IMG/VR virus record: IMGVR_UViG_3300030433_001502
Coordinates: 1-33,323 of that record
Origin: a virus
Taxonomy: Duplodnaviria; Caudoviricetes
Length of the DNA stretch: 33,323 nt
Reading direction: 5' to 3' (one strand)
The number at the start of each line of letters is the position of its first letter. The first letter of the stretch is position 1. The notes under the pieces are model-generated. The model made no database searches, had not been told where the DNA came from, and saw nothing but the letters and a program-made list of their open reading frames with translations. The translations under genes and the position numbers were made by a program. This document shows, one piece after another, positions 26,666 through 33,323 of this stretch.

Positions 26666-26804
26666 AACGGTGGTTGCTGTGACCTCCGCATTCTTTCCAT
26701 AACAGCAACCTCGTTATTACCATGCGCCATAGTGGTAGCTGGCAAATTATGGCAAAAGACGTTTTTCCTGTTTCTTTCCCGTCTTTTTTGATGCGTTTGT
26801 CAGC
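26666..26804 (+). ncRNA. Hairpin with pyrimidine-rich loop followed by a three-stem pseudoknot
   Basis: GGTTGCTGT/ACAGCAACC; TACCAT/GTGGTA; GCCATA/TATGGC (pseudoknot); GCTGGCAAAT/GTTTGTCAGC; AAAAGACG/CGTCTTTT. Confidence 0.6.
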
Positions 26805-26841
26805 ACAATTATTTTTAAAATAAAAAAGGAGAAAAATAAAA

Positions 26842-27003
26842 ATGAGCATAAATAAAGATGAGTTCATGCAGTATGAGAATTGTAGACTTGATGGTGATTA
26901 CAATATGTTTGACCCACGAGCTAGACAATCAACAAGCCTAGATAAGCATAAATGGTTATTTATTATGAGTAACTATGCTGATTTAGCAAAGAAATATTTA
27001 TAG
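26842..27003 (+). CDS. 53-aa protein, DUF5049-like
   Basis: Translated by hand: MSINKDEFMQYENCRLDGDYNMFDPRARQSTSLDKHKWLFIMSNYADLAKKYL. R..G..NMFD motif; AAGGAG SD. Confidence 0.7.
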   Translation: MSINKDEFMQYENCRLDGDYNMFDPRARQSTSLDKHKWLFIMSNYADLAKKYL

Positions 27004-27128
27004 TGCAGTATATAGATGAGCCAATTGTTATGATAACAATGCTGGTTGTAGGCTATGGTCTTGCTGTGCGTTTAATGTACATAGAGTACAAAGAAACTAA
27101 AGAGAAATGGAGGAGATATCGTGACTGA
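27003..27128 (+). CDS. 41-aa single-TM protein
   Basis: GTG start overlapping the previous stop: MQYIDEPIVMITMLVVGYGLAVRLMYIEYKETKEKWRRYRD. Confidence 0.5.
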   Translation: MQYIDEPIVMITMLVVGYGLAVRLMYIEYKETKEKWRRYRD

Positions 27129-27597
27129 TATTTATTCAACAAGAGCTGTTAAAATTCAGCAAGGTGATGTGTTATTAAATAAAATAGAAATAGGTACGCC
27201 TGAGTATCAAAAGTTTCTAGAAGAATCAGCTAATCCTAATTTAGAAGAAAGTGGTAGCTGGCATCATCAAACTAAAAAAGAGGCGTGGGAAAAGCGTCAA
27301 ACTACATTACAAAATAAAAAAGTAATTATGGCTTATGGTGAACATACTGGTCATCATCATAGGTTTGAAACACAAGATTGTAAAGGTTTTATAGTAGAAA
27401 ACTTTTATGCTTATTGGACAGATGAGCCAAAATATTTAGTTGTTACTAAAAATGAAACAGAAAAGACAACTGAAAAAGGCCCAAAGATGTATCATGAGGA
27501 GCACAATCCTGTTATTGTACCGCCTGGTATTTATAGGCGTGACATAGTTAGAGAATTTGACCACTTAATGCAAGATACAAGGAGGGTAGTAGATTGA
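27121..27597 (+). CDS. His-rich putative metal-binding protein (partner of the DUF6745-like gene)
   Basis: Motifs QQGDVLL, AYGEHTGHHH, HEEH and PPGIY..VREFD; GGAGG SD. Confidence 0.75.
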   Translation: MTDIYSTRAVKIQQGDVLLNKIEIGTPEYQKFLEESANPNLEESGSWHHQTKKEAWEKRQTTLQNKKVIMAYGEHTGHHHRFETQDCKGFIVENFYAYWTDEPKYLVVTKNETEKTTEKGPKMYHEEHNPVIVPPGIYRRDIVREFDHLMQDTRRVVD

Positions 27598-28649
27598 TAT
27601 TACGAGGAAGATATAATTATAGTTCAGTACCTCAAACTCTAGAAGGATTATTCTTTACCTTAACAAAAGCTGGTAAAGGTGCGTCTAAAGTAGATTGGAT
27701 TAATACAAATAGAACATTAATATATGTTTGTATGGATAAGCACACTGTTAATGCTTATTTAGATAATTCTTATTGGAATGACAATGATAATCCAAAAAAT
27801 AGAATAGCTTATACATTGAAAAAAGACAGAATAATAGTACATGATAGAGAGTGTTTAGGTAATTCTTGTTATTTATTAGGTCATAAATTTCATGAGAATG
27901 TTAAGCTTGTAAATAAATGGAGCATTAGAGACATTGCAGGTCAGGGTTATTTAACTGCAAAGAATGTTAAGAAGCCAATAGCTGTAGGCTGGGATGTTAT
28001 ATTTAACGAAAATGTAGATTATACAAATACATTAAGAAATGATGAAATTGGTTATTATAACATGCGCTATGCTCACAATAAAGACAAGATTGAAAGCGAA
28101 AGAAGAATACCATTAGTCTTTTCTTATGACGGTGATTTACTTGTAAAACCAAAGATTGGAAAATTCTTTATGAAAATTGATAAGTTATTTACTGAAGCTT
28201 CTAAAGATAATAGAAATAGACGTGCAAGGTCTAGATATCATAATTTAAGAGCTGAAGACCGTGTAGCTCATAAAGATTATAGAATGGAAGATGTATTCTT
28301 ATTGCATAATGTTTCTATTAGAAGAGAAGTAATTGAACATTTTGGCATGGACACTGTTCTAGCATCACTTGAATCAACTGTTCTAGATACTGATATTATT
28401 GACGGTAGAGAGTACAGTTTAGTGTCTGTTAAGATACCAGATATTAATGATGAATCTGGATTTAGACATGGTAATTATCTTAGAATGATAAATCCTTCTA
28501 CTGATGAAATTCATTTTGAGGGTGTTCCAAATAAATGGGAACCTGAAGTTTTTCAATCTCAAAGTTTGGAAGATAATACTGTGAGACATGCTTTAGCATG
28601 GCGTGATAACGAGCAAGACGGATATAATGTACCTGTGGTCTTAACATGA
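27594..28649 (+). CDS. Protein with C-terminal DUF6745-like domain
   Basis: NVSIRREVIEHFG, YLRMINPST...EGVP and ALAW motifs. The exact start codon is uncertain. Confidence 0.65.
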   Translation: MILRGRYNYSSVPQTLEGLFFTLTKAGKGASKVDWINTNRTLIYVCMDKHTVNAYLDNSYWNDNDNPKNRIAYTLKKDRIIVHDRECLGNSCYLLGHKFHENVKLVNKWSIRDIAGQGYLTAKNVKKPIAVGWDVIFNENVDYTNTLRNDEIGYYNMRYAHNKDKIESERRIPLVFSYDGDLLVKPKIGKFFMKIDKLFTEASKDNRNRRARSRYHNLRAEDRVAHKDYRMEDVFLLHNVSIRREVIEHFGMDTVLASLESTVLDTDIIDGREYSLVSVKIPDINDESGFRHGNYLRMINPSTDEIHFEGVPNKWEPEVFQSQSLEDNTVRHALAWRDNEQDGYNVPVVLT

Positions 28650-28855
28650 TTACAGAACAAGAAGTTATGCTCGATTATATGTACGCTGATATGTCTTTAG
28701 GGACATGGTTAGGCGATATTGAAGATAATGAAGTTAAACGTAAGGACGTTATACATTATATGATGGAAGACTTTAATATTAGTAAAGATATTGCTGAAAA
28801 GTTACTAGAAATGCATTATTTAAGCAATCTAGATACAGAACCACAGTGGAAATAA
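28646..28855 (+). CDS. Hypothetical acidic protein
   Basis: 69 aa, ATGA overlap with the previous gene. Confidence 0.65.
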   Translation: MITEQEVMLDYMYADMSLGTWLGDIEDNEVKRKDVIHYMMEDFNISKDIAEKLLEMHYLSNLDTEPQWK

Positions 28856-28860
28856 TGTAA

Positions 28861-28940
28861 TGTGTGGGGGTTGCATGGGGGATATCCGTTTATAAAGGGT
28901 CAAAGGCCATCCAGTCATGTAACCCTCCTATAATTGGAGG
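28861..28940 (+). promoter_or_regulatory. Intergenic stem-loop with an alternative SD-sequestering hairpin
   Basis: GGGGGTTGCATG(28866-77)/CATGTAACCCTC(28916-27), competing with CCTCC(28924-28)/GGAGG(28936-40). Confidence 0.5.
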
Positions 28941-28944
28941 ATAA

Positions 28945-29106
28945 ATGAAGAGAACTCGAGATAAATTATTATTTACCAAATATTTACTTAGAGAAATTGA
29001 AGTTTGTTATAAAGTTTTGCAAGAAATTGCTAACTGTTCAGACCAAGCTAATCCAATGTATTTAAGAAAAATTGCTAAAGAGCAACTAAGAAAAAGGAAG
29101 TACTAA
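28945..29106 (+). CDS. 53-aa basic hypothetical protein
   Basis: Translated by hand (MKRTRDKLLFTKYLLREIEVCYKVLQEIANCSDQANPMYLRKIAKEQLRKRKY); GGAGG SD; TAATG overlap with the next gene. Confidence 0.65.
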   Translation: MKRTRDKLLFTKYLLREIEVCYKVLQEIANCSDQANPMYLRKIAKEQLRKRKY

Positions 29107-29303
29107 TGGCAAAAATAAAAAATTATGATTTTAAAACATCAGAAGACGATATGGGATTAATACATGGCTATAAGCCAAATAGAATAAGTTTATATATAGT
29201 ATTATTAAATGCCAATCGTTTTGAAGAGTTGAATGATTTGCTGTATAAAGATATGGAAGAATATAAAATAAAAGACTCTGAATTAGCGCTTAGACACTTA
29301 TGA
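29106..29303 (+). CDS. Hypothetical protein
   Basis: 65-aa translationally coupled ORF. Confidence 0.65.
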   Translation: MAKIKNYDFKTSEDDMGLIHGYKPNRISLYIVLLNANRFEELNDLLYKDMEEYKIKDSELALRHL

Positions 29304-29530
29304 TTTACGATTATGAGGGTAAACCATTGCCTTGGTATTTTCAAGGCGGTAGAGATAAATCTAGACAGCTAAAAAAAGACAGAGATAATTACAAGGTTAA
29401 GTTTTGTGAGACTTGCAATAATGCATGGGAAACAGAAAGATATGATAATAGTAAAATATTAAAACATGAAGATTTTCCTTTGTTTGGATTAAAGAAAGAG
29501 GAATGTCCTCCTTGTTCTCGTAATACTTGA
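29300..29530 (+). CDS. Cys4 zinc-finger protein
   Basis: CETC ... CPPC motifs. Confidence 0.65.
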   Translation: MIYDYEGKPLPWYFQGGRDKSRQLKKDRDNYKVKFCETCNNAWETERYDNSKILKHEDFPLFGLKKEECPPCSRNT

Positions 29531-29556
29531 CACGTATGTATTTTTAACATTAAATT
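29527..29556 (+). promoter_or_regulatory. Sigma70-like promoter
   Basis: TTGACA (29527-32), 18-nt spacer, TAAATT (29551-56), just ahead of the ATG at 29567. Confidence 0.55.
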
Positions 29557-29566
29557 GGGAAAGAGT

Positions 29567-29878
29567 ATGGAAATAAAAAATGAAACTTTAGAAAAAATGT
29601 ATGCTATATCTTATAAAAGTATAGCTACTAAAAATGACAAGATGAGAGCCTTAATAAAAGGTGATAGTCATGCACAGAAAATACAAGAAATAAGGGCTAT
29701 GACTAAATATCAGTTGTCAGAATTTATCAGTGATTTACAAAAACAAAGTCACGTTAAATTAGCATTAAAGATTGCCCACTCAAATAGCTCTTCTAAGACG
29801 TATCGAATGTTAGCCTCGCATATTAAAAATGACATAGAGCTTATAAATTATGCCCGTAATAGGTTGTATGTCACTTAG
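29567..29878 (+). CDS. Hypothetical basic helical protein
   Basis: The track starts at TTG 29555; the in-frame ATG at 29567 fits the promoter better. Confidence 0.65.
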   Translation: MEIKNETLEKMYAISYKSIATKNDKMRALIKGDSHAQKIQEIRAMTKYQLSEFISDLQKQSHVKLALKIAHSNSSSKTYRMLASHIKNDIELINYARNRLYVT

Positions 29879-29887
29879 AAGAGTAGT

Positions 29888-29939
29888 TTTACAGCTCCCT
29901 CAGTTTTTTCTTTTTTATTTTTCCTGGGGGAGTTGTGAA
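29888..29939 (+). promoter_or_regulatory. 16-bp hairpin with a U-rich loop covering the SD and GTG start of the next gene
   Basis: TTTACAGCTCCCTCAG(29888-903)/CTGGGGGAGTTGTGAA(29924-39). Confidence 0.6.
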
Positions 29940-30138
29940 TAAACATATATTAAAAAAAATACAAGAAAGAATGGAAGTTGGCGCTAATAAATATGGTGCT
30001 GAACTTGATATAAACGATGGAAGAGACTGGTTGCAAGAGTCTATTGAAGAAGCTCTTGATAACATAGTTTACTTGTCCGCATTTTTATTACAAATACAAG
30101 AAAGAATAAATAATGAGAATAACACAAAGAAAGATTAA
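29935..30138 (+). CDS. Small all-alpha NTP pyrophosphatase (MazG-like) protein
   Basis: R...G..KYG ... DWLQESIEEALDNIVYL carries the E..EE..D acidic motif of MazG/HisE-type folds. Confidence 0.55.
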   Translation: MNKHILKKIQERMEVGANKYGAELDINDGRDWLQESIEEALDNIVYLSAFLLQIQERINNENNTKKD

Positions 30139-30319
30139 AGATATATTTAAAGAAAAAGGCGTTCAGTTAGGTAGTGGCTGTATGGACATGATAAATGAAC
30201 AGCTATTTTTAACCGTAAGAAATATGGCTACAGAATGCAAATATGGTAATGTAAAAAGATTAACACCAGATTTGTTTTACATAGCTTTAGGTAAAGCATA
30301 TAGTGGTAGCAATGAGTAG
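30113..30319 (+). CDS. Putative histone-fold protein (bacterial/phage-type histone)
   Basis: 68 aa: short helix RKIKDIFKEKG, loop VQLGSG, long helix CMDMINEQLFLTVRNMATECK, loop GNVKRLT, short final helix. The spacing parallels prokaryotic histone singlets. Confidence 0.65.
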   Translation: MRITQRKIKDIFKEKGVQLGSGCMDMINEQLFLTVRNMATECKYGNVKRLTPDLFYIALGKAYSGSNE

Positions 30320-30491
30320 TTTTATGACAGCAGATAAAATAGTCGATGTAGCTGGTGACGATTTTGTTTCATTTTTATATTGGCTAGTTGATGAAAATTA
30401 TATAAGCGATAACTCTAGAGCTATTGGATATGTGATAGAAAAACCATGGAAATACCAAAGAGAGTATGAGGTATTTTTAGATGAGCAATAA
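30312..30491 (+). CDS. Hypothetical protein
   Basis: The track ORF starts at GTG 30303; the in-frame ATG at 30312 is more likely. Contains a VIEKPWKY motif. Confidence 0.6.
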   Translation: MSSFMTADKIVDVAGDDFVSFLYWLVDENYISDNSRAIGYVIEKPWKYQREYEVFLDEQ

Positions 30492-30684
30492 AATATTTCC
30501 AAATATAGCAACTGATAGGTTTAAAAAGCTTGTAGAGTATTTAAGTGACCTAGAGGCTTGTGATAGACAAAGAATGTCAAGCTCAGGTAAAGAATATCTT
30601 GATAAAGTATGGGAGTTACTTGGCTTACCTACTTATGATGAGCATATAAACATGATAAATAAACGAAACGAGGAAGAAGAATGA
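30481..30684 (+). CDS. Hypothetical protein
   Basis: 67 aa, GAGGT SD, DRQRMSSSGKEYLD motif. Confidence 0.65.
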   Translation: MSNKIFPNIATDRFKKLVEYLSDLEACDRQRMSSSGKEYLDKVWELLGLPTYDEHINMINKRNEEEE

Positions 30685-31685
30685 GTCACATGATTGAAAA
30701 TATGTTTTATGTGGGGGATAAACCTTGGCATGGTTTAGGAACTTCTTTAGAAGACCCGCCTAAAATAGAAGATGCTTTAGAATTAGCTGGACTTAATTGG
30801 ACAGTTGAAAAAATACCTACTCATTATTATTATAAAGATGATAGTAATAATGTTGTTCAAAAACCTACTGGACATTTTGTAACTGTTAGAGATAATGGTC
30901 AAAAATTAGGTAATGTAGGTAGTAAGTATGAAATACTACAGAATATAGATGCTTTTGCACCATTTAACGTGATAAAAGATTACGGTTATACGTTAGAGAC
31001 TGCTGGCTCTATAGAAAACGGTAAAAGAGTATGGATACTTGCTAAAACTCCTGATGCATATCTTGTTGGTGATGATAAAATATTAGATTATGTTTTATTA
31101 TATACAAGTCATGATGGGAGTTCTGGTAGTTGTTTTAGAGATGTGTTTATACGTGTAGTTTGTCAGAATACACTGTCAGCGTCACTTTCTGGCAATAAGA
31201 CGTTTGAATACAAGCTTAGACATACTAGCAGTATTAATGATAGAGTAACTGAGTTAACTGATAAGTTAAAGAACCGTAAAGGTAATATATCTCAAGCAGT
31301 TGATTCAATGAATAGATTTCTTGATGTACCTATGGATGAAAAGACTCTTGATGTTTATTTAGAGGCAGTAATGCCATTCTTGATTAACAGAAATAGAAAA
31401 TCAAATAAAGAACTAGGTATTCTTACAAGAAACAAAGCGCTACCTGTGTATAATGCTATTAAACATGCATTTTATAGAGGTCGTGGAAATAAAGGTGAGA
31501 CATTGTGGGATGCATATAATGCAATAACTGAATATCATGACCACATGAAGACTCACAATATAGATTGGGTTCAATCAACTCAATTTGGCGCATCTAGCAA
31601 GTATAAAAGACAAGCTTTTTACATTGCATCTAAGATGGCTGAAAAATACAGAAAAACTAATATAACTACTGGAGGTACTGCTTAA
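30681..31685 (+). CDS. DUF932 / TIGR03299 phage-plasmid family protein
   Basis: Motifs PWHGLG, AGLNWTV, ETAGSI..GKRVW, TSHDGS, RVVCQNTL, RHT and TLWDAYNAITEY. Confidence 0.9.
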   Translation: MSHMIENMFYVGDKPWHGLGTSLEDPPKIEDALELAGLNWTVEKIPTHYYYKDDSNNVVQKPTGHFVTVRDNGQKLGNVGSKYEILQNIDAFAPFNVIKDYGYTLETAGSIENGKRVWILAKTPDAYLVGDDKILDYVLLYTSHDGSSGSCFRDVFIRVVCQNTLSASLSGNKTFEYKLRHTSSINDRVTELTDKLKNRKGNISQAVDSMNRFLDVPMDEKTLDVYLEAVMPFLINRNRKSNKELGILTRNKALPVYNAIKHAFYRGRGNKGETLWDAYNAITEYHDHMKTHNIDWVQSTQFGASSKYKRQAFYIASKMAEKYRKTNITTGGTA

Positions 31686-32527
31686 TGGAACAAATCCAAG
31701 CACTACATCCTTATCAGTTAAGTAATGAAAATTATGAGGCTGAAAAGGAAACGTTAAACACAGGTTATTCTGCAGATTATTTATCTTGGTCTATATGCTG
31801 GGATAAATTAAAGCAAATACACCCTACTGCCACACATGAAATGGTTATGTACGAATATGATGGCAAACCATATACTGGCATAATGCAACCAGATGGAAGC
31901 GTTATGGTTCATTGTCGTATTCATTACGAGACTGAAGATGGTAATACATATACTCATAACGAATATTTAGCTGTTAGAGATAAACGAAATAGAGCTTTAG
32001 TAAGTCCTGATTCTGCTAATGTAGAAAATACATATCGTAGAGCTTTAGCTAAAGGTGTATCAACTTTAACAGGTTATGGTATTAGTTTATGGATGAACGA
32101 AGACCTTCGTGAATTAATGACTCAAGAAACTAGGATGGATGGAACAACTCCTGCTCCTGGTGAATTGAGTGTTGAGCAGAACTTAAAGTTAGATAAACTT
32201 ATGCGTGACCCTAAGACTACTGATAGTGATAAAGATAGAATCAAAAAGCTTAAGCAAGATGATTACAAAATAAATGGCAAAGTCATTACAGACGTAATTG
32301 CTCAAAGTCTTATAGAAGATGTTGAAGCTGGTAGGCAAAACAACATGAAAGCAACTAAGAAATCAATTACTGAGTTAGGTAAGCACATTATGGAAAACGG
32401 AACATTGACAGATGATACAAAAGACAAAGCTCTTGAATGGTTGAATGTTGAAGGTAGGACAAAAGGTGATTTAATAAGTTTAATGACTAAACTTAAAATA
32501 GATAGGGAGGCGTTAAATGGCGTTTGA
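31685..32527 (+). CDS. Sak3 / DUF1071-like single-strand annealing protein
   Basis: YLSWSICW..LKQIHP and VENTYRRALAK..GYGISLW..ED motifs of Rad52-superfamily phage annealases. Confidence 0.75.
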   Translation: MEQIQALHPYQLSNENYEAEKETLNTGYSADYLSWSICWDKLKQIHPTATHEMVMYEYDGKPYTGIMQPDGSVMVHCRIHYETEDGNTYTHNEYLAVRDKRNRALVSPDSANVENTYRRALAKGVSTLTGYGISLWMNEDLRELMTQETRMDGTTPAPGELSVEQNLKLDKLMRDPKTTDSDKDRIKKLKQDDYKINGKVITDVIAQSLIEDVEAGRQNNMKATKKSITELGKHIMENGTLTDDTKDKALEWLNVEGRTKGDLISLMTKLKIDREALNGV

Positions 32528-33131
32528 TTTAACTAAAACATCTAATGGAGCATCTAATAGCGATTGGCCTAAAGGTGTTTACATTGATAAAGTTAAGATT
32601 ACTAAAGCAGAAAACAAAGATTCTACATGGAATGATTGTAATCTGTTTATAGAAGCTATTGATACATCTGGTAAAAGTAAGTATCCTAAGAAATTCTTTA
32701 TTGGCGGTAAGCACAAAAAGGATGGAAACAAGTTTGTTGATTGGGGTACTACTAGCAATGGTGTAACAGGCGGTAGCTGGAAAGTTAGAGATTTCTTTAT
32801 AGAAGCTGGTGTTGAAGTAACAGGTAATGTTATTTTAGAAGATGGCTCTATATCTGAAGAAATCTTAGCTGACTTGCTTGACCGTGAAGTTTTTGTATTG
32901 CAGTATGATTCTAATGGTAAGTATAGCCGTGAAACATGGTTTTACTTTGAATCAGGTAATAGCGAAACTGGTGTAAAAGATTTGTTAAACAGATGGAATG
33001 GGTTTGATGATAAGCCTAGTAAATATCTGCATGTTAACAAATCTAATGTTCAAAATAAGAAGTTAAATAATATGTGGGATAATTTACCTGCAAATAATAC
33101 TTCTAAAAGTGAGCTTGACAATATATTCTAA
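32517..33131 (+). CDS. Putative single-stranded DNA-binding protein
   Basis: Directly follows the annealase. PKGVY..VKI beta-rich start and an acidic/aromatic C-terminus (ELDNIF). Confidence 0.5.
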   Translation: MAFDLTKTSNGASNSDWPKGVYIDKVKITKAENKDSTWNDCNLFIEAIDTSGKSKYPKKFFIGGKHKKDGNKFVDWGTTSNGVTGGSWKVRDFFIEAGVEVTGNVILEDGSISEEILADLLDREVFVLQYDSNGKYSRETWFYFESGNSETGVKDLLNRWNGFDDKPSKYLHVNKSNVQNKKLNNMWDNLPANNTSKSELDNIF

Positions 33132-33323
33132 TGTCGTTTGACTTTAGTAAAGTTATCGCAAGAACCAATGGTACCAAGAAGCGTGGCAACTCTGTCATGC
33201 TTCTTGAGTTCCTTAAAGGCAAAAGAGGTACAACTATTGGTAATCATGTTATTCAAACAGAAGCTGTTATGTATATGAATAAATTATATAACAAGCCAGT
33301 TTCTCCAGATACTCTAAGTAGGT
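33131..33323 (+). CDS. Hypothetical protein, truncated by the window end
   Basis: TAATG-coupled ORF open to the end (MSFDFSKVIARTNGTKKRGNSVMLLEFLKGK...). Confidence 0.6.
   Translation, partial: MSFDFSKVIARTNGTKKRGNSVMLLEFLKGKRGTTIGNHVIQTEAVMYMNKLYNKPVSPDTLSR

Noticed and set aside
24785-26840. tRNA, tmRNA, CRISPR array or hammerhead/HDV ribozyme in the non-coding region
   Set aside because: I found no cloverleaf with a TTC(G/A)A T-loop, no repeat-spacer periodicity, no CUGANGA/GAAA core and no HDV P3/P1.1 arrangement by eye.
26261-26867. Minus-strand ORFs 26261-26467 and 26601-26867
   Set aside because: Opposite to the early transcription direction, and they overlap a plus-strand gene and plus-strand RNA structures.
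32529-32714. Minus-strand 61-aa ORF
   Set aside because: Antisense shadow of the putative SSB gene.
1-33323. Stop-codon reassignment, diversity-generating retroelement, inteins or integrase
   Set aside because: Genes tile densely in the standard code with TAA, TGA and TAG all used as stops. No reverse transcriptase, template repeat, intein motifs or integrase is visible in this window.

Overview
An AT-rich fragment of an uncultured tailed dsDNA phage, probably a podovirus. It has two divergent arms. Minus strand (about 24.8 kb down to 1) is the late, virion and lysis arm: putative TerS, TerL, portal, scaffold, major capsid protein, head-tail adaptors, a chain of fibre proteins ending in a 1871-aa fibre, a cluster of small membrane and basic proteins, an M15 peptidase endolysin, a metallophosphoesterase, a nozzle-like protein and probable ejection proteins. 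Plus strand (25.0 kb to the end) is the early arm: many small ORFs, a His-rich protein paired with a DUF6745-like protein, a MazG-like mini-protein, a probable histone-fold protein, DUF932, a Sak3-like annealase and a putative SSB. The most striking unexplained feature is in the mostly non-coding early leader (about 25.6-26.8 kb). It holds a ~437-nt multi-branched RNA structure whose two ends pair over long range (25774-26210), flanked by several further hairpin and pseudoknot elements. Many G-U pairs point to plus-strand RNAs, and I cannot assign them to a known family. Other points of note are the phage histone candidate, two apparently split tail genes, fibre proteins sharing an N-terminal MASWK peptide, and apparent GATC avoidance. 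All family assignments and pairings were made by eye; no searches or folding programs were run.
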